NCBI GenBank assembly: GCA_937877715.1
Contig: CALEHW010000023.1
Coordinates: 21,290-85,289 of the forward strand
DNA: 64,000 nt
Direction: 5' to 3'
Source: an uncultured Methylophaga sp.
GTDB taxonomy: Bacteria; Pseudomonadota; Gammaproteobacteria; GCF-002020875
This document shows positions 1 through 9,076 of this stretch, piece after piece. The notes beneath the pieces were generated by a model, which saw only the letters and a program-made list of their open reading frames with translations, was not told where the DNA came from and did no database searches. The translations under genes were made by a program, and so were the position numbers. How positions within the stretch are numbered: the stretch's first letter is position 1; each line of letters begins with the position of its first letter.

Positions 1-617
1 GTAAAAAAGAGGTTCAGGTCACCATTAACGGCAAACAGATATGTGTCCCGTCGACACTCTCTGTGATTCAAGCCTTGTGGCATGCTGGATACCCTAGGGT
101 GCAGGGAGTTGGCTGTCTGGAGGGTGTCTGCGGCTCATGTCGCGTTCTGGTGCGCCGCTCCGACACCCAGGAGGTAAGCATGGAGATGGGGTGCCAGACC
201 CTGGTTGAGGAGGGAATGGAGGTGATGTTTCTGGTCTTCCCCTCCCCATCACAGCACACCTACACTCTGGAGCAGATTCCCAACTCTTGGGAGGTTCAGA
301 CCGAATTTCATAAGATTTTTCCAGAGGCACAACAGTGCCGCAACTGTCACGGCTGCAGTGTTGCCTGCCCCAAGGGGATCAGTGTGGAAAAAGGGGTAGA
401 GCTCGCAGTCAAAGGGCGCTTCAAGGAGGCTGGTGACCTCTTTGTCGAATGTATTATGTGTGATCTCTGCATGACCGGCTGCCCTGAGCAGATCGCACCC
501 AATCGGGTCGGACTCTTCTCCCGCCGGGTAACAGCCTATTTTCACGCCCGCCCCTCAAATCTGATCAACCGGCTTGAGAAAATCCGTACCGGCGAACTGC
601 AGATCATAAAAGAGTAG
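1..617 (+). CDS. Iron-sulfur subunit, SdhB/FrdB-like. N-terminal 2Fe-2S domain plus two Cys4 ferredoxin motifs. 5' end lies outside the window.
   Basis: Frame 3 is open from position 3 to the TAG at 615-617. It contains VQVTINGK...GCLEGVCGSCRVLV (a 2Fe-2S motif of the type found in SdhB and XDH small subunits), then CRNCHGCSVACPKG and CIMCDLCMTGCP. The CPKG motif is typical of succinate dehydrogenase/fumarate reductase Fe-S subunits. It sits directly upstream of the FrdA-like gene. Confidence 0.7.
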   Translation, partial: KKEVQVTINGKQICVPSTLSVIQALWHAGYPRVQGVGCLEGVCGSCRVLVRRSDTQEVSMEMGCQTLVEEGMEVMFLVFPSPSQHTYTLEQIPNSWEVQTEFHKIFPEAQQCRNCHGCSVACPKGISVEKGVELAVKGRFKEAGDLFVECIMCDLCMTGCPEQIAPNRVGLFSRRVTAYFHARPSNLINRLEKIRTGELQIIKE

Positions 618-620
618 CAC

Positions 621-2258
621 ATGATCGACAGAGCAAATATTGGAACCACATACCGTGAGGCACTAAAAAGATATCGTCCCAGAGATGAGCGCCCACTACC
701 GGAGCCCGGCATCGATGATGAAAAGCTGCTAAATAAATTTCATCCGGACCATATTGCGGAGAGCCTCACCACCCTGAAGGTTGGCATCAACCGTGGAGAT
801 CCGTGCCACAGACAGCTGGCCGATCTATTGCAATCCGATTCGCGAATCAACGAGGCCGACCTTGCCGGAGCAGCAACTGTAGAGACCGATGTGCTGGTAA
901 TTGGTGGTGGTGGCGCCGGATGTACCGCTGCGCTTATTGCCCAACAGCAGGGTGCCCGGGTTATCCTCGCAACCAAGCTGCGTCTTGGCGATAGCAACAC
1001 AGTAATGGCAGAGGGTGGAATTCAGGCCTCCATCAACAAGGATGACTCGCCCCAGTTTCACTACAATGACACCATCAAGGCTGGACATCATCAATCGGTA
1101 CCTGACCTGGTATCACAACTGGTACTGGATGGACCTGATGTGATCCGCTGGTTAATCCAGCAGGGAATGCAGTTTGATCTGGATGAATTTGGTGACCTGT
1201 TAACCAGACGCGCCGGAGGCACCTCAGCAGATCGCATCTGTTTCTACCGTGACTATACCGGCCTGGAGATGATGCGGGTGCTGCGTGAAGCAGTCCATAA
1301 CAGCAACATAGATGTCTGGGATTACTGCCCCACCGTGGAGCTGCTGGGTGACGACCTTGGTGGATGTTCCGGTGCCGTCATCTCCTCGCTCAAAAACAGG
1401 AAATATATACAGGTCAACGCGAAGGCAGTCATCATTGCAACCGGTGGAATCGGGCGCATGCATCTCAACGGGTTCCCTACCTCAAACCATTTCGGGGCGA
1501 CCGGGGATGGCTTGATACTCGCCTATCGCATGGGTGCGGCCCTGCGCGATCTCGACTCATTCCAGTACCACCCTACCGGTCTTGCCCACCCCTTCCACCT
1601 TGCAGGCAGTCTGATTACCGAGGGGGTTCGCTCCTGCGGAACCTATCTACTGAATAGCAAGGGTGAACGTTTTGTCGATGAGCTCTCGGCCCGGGACATT
1701 GTGGCTGCCTCGGTGATTCGTGAGTGCCGTGAGGGACGCGGAATCGTAACTGACGATAACAACTGCGGGGTCTGGCTCGACATCCCGGGGCTTGAGCTGC
1801 GTCAGCCAGGAATTCTCCAGCAACGCTTTCCAAAACTTATGCGCCTGGGGGAGAAGGCGGAGATTGACCTTACCAAAAAACCCCTCCTAATCTACCCCAC
1901 CCTCCATTACCAGAATGGTGGTGTTGTCATTAACGAGAATTGTGAAACCTCAATCCCCGGACTTTTCTGTACTGGAGAGGTGACCGGTGGAATTCACGGC
2001 AGAAACCGCATCATGGGCAACGCCCTGCTGGAGATTATCAGCTTTGGACGCAAGGCGGGAATGGCCGCAGCACAGCGAAGAAAGAAGAAACGGAGCAGTC
2101 AGCTCTCCATTGAACACCTAAACCAGCTGCGTAGGGAGCTGACCAACATGGGGCTCTCTATGGAGACAGAGGGGCCTCTACTATTCCCAGAGTATGCAAA
2201 GTTTGATCTCGACTCGGACTATGCCGGCCTGCGCCGTAACCGCGGGAGCACATCATGA
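621..2258 (+). CDS. Fumarate reductase/succinate dehydrogenase flavoprotein-like subunit. Soluble type with His to Asn at the covalent-FAD position.
   Basis: 545 aa. N-terminal FAD fold VLVIGGGGAGCTAAL. GDSNTVMAEGGI replaces SdhA RSHTVAAQGG. QYHPTG and LITEGVRSCGTYLLNSKGERF closely match the SdhA/FrdA active-site region (LVTEGCRGEGGYLLN..GERF). Confidence 0.8.
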   Translation: MIDRANIGTTYREALKRYRPRDERPLPEPGIDDEKLLNKFHPDHIAESLTTLKVGINRGDPCHRQLADLLQSDSRINEADLAGAATVETDVLVIGGGGAGCTAALIAQQQGARVILATKLRLGDSNTVMAEGGIQASINKDDSPQFHYNDTIKAGHHQSVPDLVSQLVLDGPDVIRWLIQQGMQFDLDEFGDLLTRRAGGTSADRICFYRDYTGLEMMRVLREAVHNSNIDVWDYCPTVELLGDDLGGCSGAVISSLKNRKYIQVNAKAVIIATGGIGRMHLNGFPTSNHFGATGDGLILAYRMGAALRDLDSFQYHPTGLAHPFHLAGSLITEGVRSCGTYLLNSKGERFVDELSARDIVAASVIRECREGRGIVTDDNNCGVWLDIPGLELRQPGILQQRFPKLMRLGEKAEIDLTKKPLLIYPTLHYQNGGVVINENCETSIPGLFCTGEVTGGIHGRNRIMGNALLEIISFGRKAGMAAAQRRKKKRSSQLSIEHLNQLRRELTNMGLSMETEGPLLFPEYAKFDLDSDYAGLRRNRGSTS

Positions 2259-3511
2259 GCACAGATGATCTTAACCAGGTCCTGCTTCACCCGGATCGCC
2301 GTTTTGGTGCAGATCTTGATACCTGGCTGGTTGATATCGGCGGTGACGGCTTGGAGAGTGCCATCCAGAATAGGGAAGAGATTCTGCCAACAATTCACAA
2401 GGCCAATCTGTTGGGGCTTGGGGGGAGCGGATTCCCCACCCATGTAAAGTGGGAATTCGTTGCTAATGAACCATCGGATCAGGACAAATATCTAATCTGT
2501 AATGGCAATGAGGATGAGCCGGGAACTTTCAAAGATCGGATACTTCTCCAGGAGACTCCTCATCAGGTAATTGAAGGTGCGATGATTACCGCCCTGGCCA
2601 CCGGCACCAACCAAATTGTCTTCTATATCAACCCCGAGCAGGAGGGCTCACTCGAGGCGATGAAAGAGGCTACCAACCAGTGGAGTGAGACCGATTACGT
2701 CAGCCAAATCTCCGAACTGCTGGGGCGCCCACTGGAATTTTATATTGTTGCTAGCTCTGGACACTACATTGGTGGGGAGGAGACTGCTGCCATCGAGTCC
2801 ATTGAGGGGAAATTCCCCTTCCCACGTGGCAAGCCACCCTACCCCGCCCAGACTGGATTGTTTGGACTGCCAACACTGATAAACAATGTAGAGACGATGG
2901 CCAATGTCTCTCACATCATCCGTAACGGCTCCGACTGGTTCATCAATCTGGGGCATGGGGAGTCTCACGGAACCAAGATTTTCTCTCTGAGTGGTGACGT
3001 ATTGCGCCCTGGGGCCTATGAGCTGCCAATGGGGACCCCGCTCTCCAACCTGATCTATGAGCACGGCGGAGGAATGCTGCTTGACCGAAAATTGAAGGCG
3101 GTATTCACCGGAGGACCATCCAACACAATTCTCACCCCGAAGGATCTTGATGTACCGCTGGACTTTGAGTCTGTGCAGCAGAGACGCTCCAGTCTCGGGA
3201 CTGGCGCAATGATCGTGATCTCCGAGGGGACCGGTATCGTACGTCGAGTCACGGAGTATGTATCCTTCTTTGCAAACTCCTCCTGTGGTCAGTGCCCATC
3301 ATGCAAGACTGGAACCTTCTATGCCTCACAGTTGCTCACTCGCATCGATAGCGGCAATGGGAATCGTGCCGATCTCGATACCCTGATTAACCTTACCCGC
3401 ATTCTTCCCGGAAGTGGTCGCTGCCACCTACTGGATGGAGCAATGAAACTACTAGACAGCTCACTCTACCACTTTATGGAAGAGTATGAGCAACCGCTAA
3501 AACACTCCTAA
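2255..3511 (+). CDS. NuoF-like (51-kDa subunit family) NADH-binding FMN/4Fe-4S protein.
   Basis: 418 aa. GLGGSGFPTHVKWEF matches the NuoF GRGGAGFPTGLKW motif. The C-terminal SCGQCPSCKTGT matches the NuoF 4Fe-4S motif. Overlaps the upstream gene by 4 nt. Confidence 0.75.
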   Translation: MSTDDLNQVLLHPDRRFGADLDTWLVDIGGDGLESAIQNREEILPTIHKANLLGLGGSGFPTHVKWEFVANEPSDQDKYLICNGNEDEPGTFKDRILLQETPHQVIEGAMITALATGTNQIVFYINPEQEGSLEAMKEATNQWSETDYVSQISELLGRPLEFYIVASSGHYIGGEETAAIESIEGKFPFPRGKPPYPAQTGLFGLPTLINNVETMANVSHIIRNGSDWFINLGHGESHGTKIFSLSGDVLRPGAYELPMGTPLSNLIYEHGGGMLLDRKLKAVFTGGPSNTILTPKDLDVPLDFESVQQRRSSLGTGAMIVISEGTGIVRRVTEYVSFFANSSCGQCPSCKTGTFYASQLLTRIDSGNGNRADLDTLINLTRILPGSGRCHLLDGAMKLLDSSLYHFMEEYEQPLKHS

Positions 3512-3767
3512 AAATCCGGGGAGAAAATACCCCTGACAATCTTCGGTGAAATCCCACTAAAAATCGGGTAACTTCTGGCTATTTTCGTCAAACTAACGCG
3601 ATCAAGCGCCATTATAACCCTCTCCGAACTTGATTTTTGGGTCCCTTTTGTGAGATCATGCGCGGCTATCACGGTTGATTGGTTAAGTATCACACAACGC
3701 CAACTCAACCAATTCATGGCAGAAATGGAAACAACTGCAACAAGCAGAATCTACGAGGGAATCGTTA

Positions 3768-5639
3768 GTGCAACCACAAACCAAACAGGAACATATTGTA
3801 GAAATCGTCAGTGATTCCGGAGAAGGGGCGCAGAAGTGCGGACAGACCTTCGGAACCATCAGTGCAAAGATGGGGAATGGTGTCTGGACAGTAGAGATCA
3901 TTCCCGCTGAGATCCAGCCACCGGCACGAACCCCTTCCGGGGCCAGCGGCATCCGTATCAGACTCGGCTCAAAAGAGATTACTAATGTAGGTAACGAGGG
4001 TGATCTGGTAGTCGCCTTCAATGAGCAGGTTCTCTACTCCAGAATTGCAAATGGTGCTTATAAAGAGGGAACTGTGGTTCTGCTTGATAACCGCTGGGAG
4101 AGTGATCGCTCTACCGAGATTCAGCAGATGTACAAGAAGGCTGTTGCGGAGTTTCGAGACCATGGATTGGTTGTCCATGAACTACCAATCCACGAGGCCT
4201 GCCTAAAAGTTGTCAAAGATCCCCGCAAGGGGAAAAACATGTTTGTCCTTGGTATGCTCTGCCGAATATACAACCGTGACAAAGAGATGGGGCGCAATGA
4301 GATTGCACTCACCTTTGCTGGCAAGGCAGAGAAGATCATCACCAGCAACCAGAAACTGTTTGATGCCGGATACCAATTTGCAGCCGAGCAGCTTGGTGAA
4401 TATTTCTTTGAAATCCCAACTCGTGAAGACCGTAGTGACAGCCCAATGGTGGTCACAAATGGAAATACAGCTGTCGGCCTTGGAGTGATGGCCTCGGGAA
4501 TGGAGCTAGTCTCCATGTACCCGATTACCCCAGCCACCTCAGCCTCGCACTACCTTGCCGATGTGTTTCCAGCCGCAGGTGGCTTTGTCCACCAGGCAGA
4601 GGATGAGATTGCAGCAATCGCCTTTGCCATTGGTGCCTCCTATGCAGGTAAAACTGCCTGCACCATCACCTCCGGACCAGGTATGGCCCTAAAGACCGAG
4701 AATATTGCCCTAGCGGTAATGGCAGAGGTTCCCCTTGTAATTGTCAATGTTCAACGAGGCGGCCCATCCACTGGACTCCCCACCAAGATTGAACAGGGTG
4801 ACCTGCTCTCCGCACTTTATGGCGAGCCGGGTGATGCACCTAAAATTATCCTTGCAGCAGCAACTATCGCAGAGTGTTGCAGTATGGTGGTGCTGGCCAG
4901 AAAGCTGGCAGAGTCATTCCGTACCCCGGTAATTGTATTAACCGATGCCAACCTGGCAACCGGAGTACAGCCATGGGAACGTCCAGAGTTGAGTCGTGAC
5001 ATGCTGGCTCCACCTCTCGACCAATCAGAGTGGAATAGTGATATTCCCGCTTATGACTGGGATGAAAAAACCGGACTCTCACAACGTCCCATCCCGGGCA
5101 TGCCGAATGGTGAATACGTACTTACCGGACTCTCTCACACCAAACAGAGCAAGGTCTCATACGAATCTGCAGAAAACCAGTACAGCGCCACTATGCGTAG
5201 CCGTAAACTGGCCACCCTGCAGAGCACCCTGACCCCACCTAATATCCATGGGGACGAGAGTGGAGATATGTTGGTGGTTGGTTGGGGATCTACCTTTGGT
5301 GCAATCGAGGAGGCAGTCGATAATCTGCGGACAACGGGCGAGAAAATCTCATCAATCCATCTGCGCTTCCTCTCACCTCTGGAGCCTGGATTGACCGAGA
5401 TCTTCTCCCAATTTAAAAAGGTTATAACAATTGAGGTGAACTACAGTGATGACATCAATGCACCGATGATCACCACTGAAAATCGCCGCTATGCACAACT
5501 GGCAATGGTGCTTCGTGTTCAGACCCTGGCAGATGTCGACTGCTGGTCGGCAGTCTACGGCCATCCCCTGCAACCAGAGATGATCGGTAATGTTCTGCAG
5601 GAACGTCTAAACCAACTCAACAAGAAAACAGGAGAATAG
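3768..5639 (+). CDS. korA: 2-oxoglutarate:ferredoxin oxidoreductase alpha subunit (two-subunit Kor type; gamma+alpha domains).
   Basis: 623 aa with a GTG start. N-terminal SDSGEGAQKCGQ (gamma-domain glycine motif). YPITPATSASHYLAD is the hallmark YPITPxS motif of 2-oxoacid:ferredoxin oxidoreductases. Confidence 0.85.
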   Translation: MQPQTKQEHIVEIVSDSGEGAQKCGQTFGTISAKMGNGVWTVEIIPAEIQPPARTPSGASGIRIRLGSKEITNVGNEGDLVVAFNEQVLYSRIANGAYKEGTVVLLDNRWESDRSTEIQQMYKKAVAEFRDHGLVVHELPIHEACLKVVKDPRKGKNMFVLGMLCRIYNRDKEMGRNEIALTFAGKAEKIITSNQKLFDAGYQFAAEQLGEYFFEIPTREDRSDSPMVVTNGNTAVGLGVMASGMELVSMYPITPATSASHYLADVFPAAGGFVHQAEDEIAAIAFAIGASYAGKTACTITSGPGMALKTENIALAVMAEVPLVIVNVQRGGPSTGLPTKIEQGDLLSALYGEPGDAPKIILAAATIAECCSMVVLARKLAESFRTPVIVLTDANLATGVQPWERPELSRDMLAPPLDQSEWNSDIPAYDWDEKTGLSQRPIPGMPNGEYVLTGLSHTKQSKVSYESAENQYSATMRSRKLATLQSTLTPPNIHGDESGDMLVVGWGSTFGAIEEAVDNLRTTGEKISSIHLRFLSPLEPGLTEIFSQFKKVITIEVNYSDDINAPMITTENRRYAQLAMVLRVQTLADVDCWSAVYGHPLQPEMIGNVLQERLNQLNKKTGE

Positions 5640-5641
5640 TC

Positions 5642-6604
5642 ATGTTTGGAATCAAGGCAGACTGGTCCCTAGATATTCAGGAACGTTATTTCACTCTCGA
5701 TGATTATGAGGGCAATGAGGCACGCTGGTGTTCTGGTTGTGGTGATCATGCCGTACTGGCAACAGCCCACCGTATCCTGCGTGACGCACAGCTTCCACCT
5801 GAAAAATCTGTTTTTGTCTCAGGTATCGGTTGCTCCAGCCGTATGCCCCACTATATGGCTACCTATGGGCTACATGGAATCCATGGACGAGCCCTGCCAC
5901 TAGCATGTGGCGTCAAGTCACGCCGCCCTGATCTGGATGTCTGGGTTGCCACCGGAGATGGTGACTGTTACTCTATCGGTGCCGGTCACTGGATCCATGC
6001 TGTGCGATACAATATGGATATGACCGTACTGATTTTTGACAACCAGATTTATGGGCTAACCAAAAAACAGACATCCCCAACCAGTCCAATTGAACTAAAG
6101 ACCAACACCCACCCTGAAGGTGCCTCCCTGGATGCCATGAATCCCAACACAGTAACCCTGGGCATTACCAATGCATCCTTTGTGGCACAGGTGGTTGACT
6201 GGAACCCTCCCCTGCTACACGAGACACTCAAGGCTGCCCATGCCCACAAGGGAGCCAGCTTTGTACGCATCATTCAGCGCTGCCCGGTCTTTGTCGACTC
6301 CATCACCAAGGAGCTACAGGAAGATGCCTCACGTCTGCGGCTACTGACTCATGAGAATGGTATCCCGGTTGCCAAGGGGGTCGAAAAACTGTTCCCGGAT
6401 AGCGTAGAGCATGATCCGTCAGATATGGCAGGGGCACTCAGAATTGCACGAGACGAGACCGAAAAAGGGATTATTCCGGTTGGACTTCTCTACCAGAACC
6501 AGAACATCCCCTGTTACAGCGACCTCTCTGGTCAGGGCGTTGAGACTACAGATGAAGAGAAGATTGCAGCAACCAATGCAGCATTGGATGTATTTGCAAT
6601 ATGA
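5642..6604 (+). CDS. korB: 2-oxoglutarate:ferredoxin oxidoreductase beta subunit (TPP-binding).
   Basis: 320 aa. WCSGCGDH is the characteristic Cys motif. TGDGDCYSIGAGHW...DNQIYGLTKKQ is the TPP GDG...N motif. Lies 3 nt after korA. Confidence 0.85.
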   Translation: MFGIKADWSLDIQERYFTLDDYEGNEARWCSGCGDHAVLATAHRILRDAQLPPEKSVFVSGIGCSSRMPHYMATYGLHGIHGRALPLACGVKSRRPDLDVWVATGDGDCYSIGAGHWIHAVRYNMDMTVLIFDNQIYGLTKKQTSPTSPIELKTNTHPEGASLDAMNPNTVTLGITNASFVAQVVDWNPPLLHETLKAAHAHKGASFVRIIQRCPVFVDSITKELQEDASRLRLLTHENGIPVAKGVEKLFPDSVEHDPSDMAGALRIARDETEKGIIPVGLLYQNQNIPCYSDLSGQGVETTDEEKIAATNAALDVFAI

Positions 6605-9069
6605 GTAGCGCACCCTCCCTTCCTGTTCTCAAGTCAACTCGACCGGACCCAAAGTCCGAGGCCGCCATTCTGCGAACACTCCACCACTTCCATCTGGGAG
6701 ACCCCAGCGTGGAACAGGAGACCAGAGAGATCGGCAGCGACTACCTGCCAGCACTGTTGAATCCATTTCGTGACGCCTCCAAACTACGTTATGACTATCC
6801 ACTGATTCTCTTCTCCAGAGACTCGAAGCAGGATATTGCGCAGCCACTTACCTTATTTCTACAAGAGTCTGTCGCAGAGTTTGCCCCTGGGGAGAATAGT
6901 GCACGCATCCTCAAGGATAATCTCACCTGGCTAGAGCACGCTATTCGCAGCGAAATTACAGATAGTGAGAGACCAATTGGTCTCTCCCCAATCATGCAAC
7001 GTGCAATCGAGGCGCTACAGCAGCACCTATCTCTCTCGGGCGAAAACAAGGATAAACTGCAGAACGATCTTGACCAGCTACAAAAACAGTTTACTGATCA
7101 GGACAAGTTTCTCACCTACAATCGCTACACTGCAATCCATCTGATGATTCATCTGATCCATGGAAGATCAGAGGAACGCTGGGATGAATTTGAGAGCGAG
7201 CTTGAACAGCTACAACAACAACTGTCAAAAATACTGGAGATTGAGCAGAGCAAGTCCAAAGAGGCAATGGGTGCAGATGCTATGCAGAAAAGCGTAGGCA
7301 GCAGCGCATCCCGATTCAATCCTGAGGCTCTCTCATCTATTCTTCCCCATAGTGCCGGCACAGTGGCAATGTCGGATGAACGAAAGGAGCGTATCAGCCG
7401 CGCTGCAGAGACTCTAGACCAATTCAACCGTGACCCCATTCAGGTGCACTTCATCCATACTGGAGACTTCTCTGGGGATTGGAGTGATAGCAGTGTACAT
7501 TTCAAAACCACTATCGACGCAGACCCATGCCACAAGGCAGCGGAACTATTCGATGAGGAGGCCAATAATCTGGCAGAACTGTTCAGTGCCTGCAGGATTG
7601 CGCGCCTAGAAATAAACAACAGCTATGATCCCATTGTGCATGATCCATGGTTTGCCAATTTTAACTGGGAGGCCTTCTCTGAAGAGGAGTTATTGCTGGT
7701 TCCAGCAATTGTTGCCTTGGAGCCTGCCGATAGGCTGGGACATGAAGGACTAAACTCGTTTTCTCAGTTATTGGGGTCGGGCAGGCCAATTCAGATCCTC
7801 AGCCGAGTCAAGGGGCACAGCAACCCGGCAGCCACTGAAGATGAATCTCCATTTCATGATTTCCGTCTGGAGCTGGGATACCTCGCAACAGCCCACCGCC
7901 AATGTTATGTCGCCCAGACCTCAGCAGCACGTTACCAGCATCTAATGCAGGGCTTCCTTGAAGCGACAGAGATACCACGGACCGGGGTACATCTAATTAA
8001 CACTGGAATTCAGCATGCCGATGACGACTTCCTGATGGACCCATGGATGGTTGCCAGTGCAGCCCTCGAGGGACGTGTACACCCCTTCTTCCGGATGAAT
8101 CCAGAACGGGGAGACACCTTTGCAGAGCGCATGGATTTCAGCATAAATCCGCAGCCGGAGAGAGACTGGGCGACCCACCCTTTCAGTTACAAAAACGAGT
8201 CCGGTGAGGTTACCCATACCGAATTCGCATTCACCTTTGCCGATTACGCACTACTGGTTCCACGCCTACAAAACCATTTTCGCCTGATTCCAGATGACTT
8301 TGAATCAGACTCTCTAACCCCTATTGCAGAGTATCTTGACTGCTCCAATGAGGAGAGTTTCTCACTAGTACCGTTTGTCTGGGCCATCAATGAGGACAAT
8401 ATTCTTCACAGGGCAGTAGTCTCACGCGAACTAATCCTTGCCTGCAAGGACCGCCTCAACTACTGGCACACCCTGCAAGAGCTATCTGGAGTTCGGAACC
8501 TACATGCAGAGCAGGCCGTAACTGAGGCTCAGCTGCTTATGGAGGCAAAACAGAACAGTGTAATCAGCGAACTAAATGCCGCACATGATAAGGAGATCAA
8601 CCAACTCAGAGCCGATGCAACAACCGAGGTGATGGGGAAACTGGCCCAAGTATTGATGGGAATGAATCTTGGGGCAAGATCGAGCGACCTTGAACATGGA
8701 TTCTCCTCTCCTCCCCCCACAGAGGCAGTCCTCCAAACTCCAGATAGTGAACCGACCAAGGTAAGTAAGGAGGAGGCCAAGGATCAGGTTACGGAAGAGG
8801 AGCCTGAAGCAGAGATTTCGGAAGACCCATGGATTGAGTCTATTCTATGCACTACCTGCAATGACTGTACTGACATGAATCCTCAGATGTTTGTCTACAA
8901 TGATGACAAGCAGGCCTATATTGCCGACCCTAATGCCGGAACCTATGAGGAGCTGGTCGAGGCAGCAGAGATATGTCCCTCACGCTGCATCCATCCCGGC
9001 CTTCCGCTCAACAGTAGTGAGCCCAACCTAGATGAGCTGATCGAGAGAGCAGCCCCCTTCAATCAGTAG
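6601..9069 (+). CDS. Large uncharacterized protein. N-terminal approx 330 aa are unknown and helical. The central region resembles PFOR domain VI but has no GDG motif and no proximal-cluster Cys. The C-terminus is a single [4Fe-4S]/[3Fe-4S] ferredoxin domain.
   Basis: 822 aa. Overlaps the korB stop as ATGA. The region ...YVAQTSAARYQHLMQGFLEATEIPRTGVHLINTG...HPFFRMNPERGDTFAERMDFSINP aligns by eye to the PFOR C-terminal region (YVAxVSMG...PGPSLxIAYSPC...WPLYRYNPxxxxxGKNPFxLDS). The C-terminal CTTCNDCTD...FVYNDDKQAYIADPN...CPSRC is the pattern of single-cluster ferredoxins (Pyrococcus/Thermotoga Fd type). It shares the helical motif AHDKEINQLRAD with the 1286-aa protein (GHQQEINNLRNQ). Confidence 0.6.
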   Translation: MSSAPSLPVLKSTRPDPKSEAAILRTLHHFHLGDPSVEQETREIGSDYLPALLNPFRDASKLRYDYPLILFSRDSKQDIAQPLTLFLQESVAEFAPGENSARILKDNLTWLEHAIRSEITDSERPIGLSPIMQRAIEALQQHLSLSGENKDKLQNDLDQLQKQFTDQDKFLTYNRYTAIHLMIHLIHGRSEERWDEFESELEQLQQQLSKILEIEQSKSKEAMGADAMQKSVGSSASRFNPEALSSILPHSAGTVAMSDERKERISRAAETLDQFNRDPIQVHFIHTGDFSGDWSDSSVHFKTTIDADPCHKAAELFDEEANNLAELFSACRIARLEINNSYDPIVHDPWFANFNWEAFSEEELLLVPAIVALEPADRLGHEGLNSFSQLLGSGRPIQILSRVKGHSNPAATEDESPFHDFRLELGYLATAHRQCYVAQTSAARYQHLMQGFLEATEIPRTGVHLINTGIQHADDDFLMDPWMVASAALEGRVHPFFRMNPERGDTFAERMDFSINPQPERDWATHPFSYKNESGEVTHTEFAFTFADYALLVPRLQNHFRLIPDDFESDSLTPIAEYLDCSNEESFSLVPFVWAINEDNILHRAVVSRELILACKDRLNYWHTLQELSGVRNLHAEQAVTEAQLLMEAKQNSVISELNAAHDKEINQLRADATTEVMGKLAQVLMGMNLGARSSDLEHGFSSPPPTEAVLQTPDSEPTKVSKEEAKDQVTEEEPEAEISEDPWIESILCTTCNDCTDMNPQMFVYNDDKQAYIADPNAGTYEELVEAAEICPSRCIHPGLPLNSSEPNLDELIERAAPFNQ

Positions 9070-9076
9070 CAAACTG

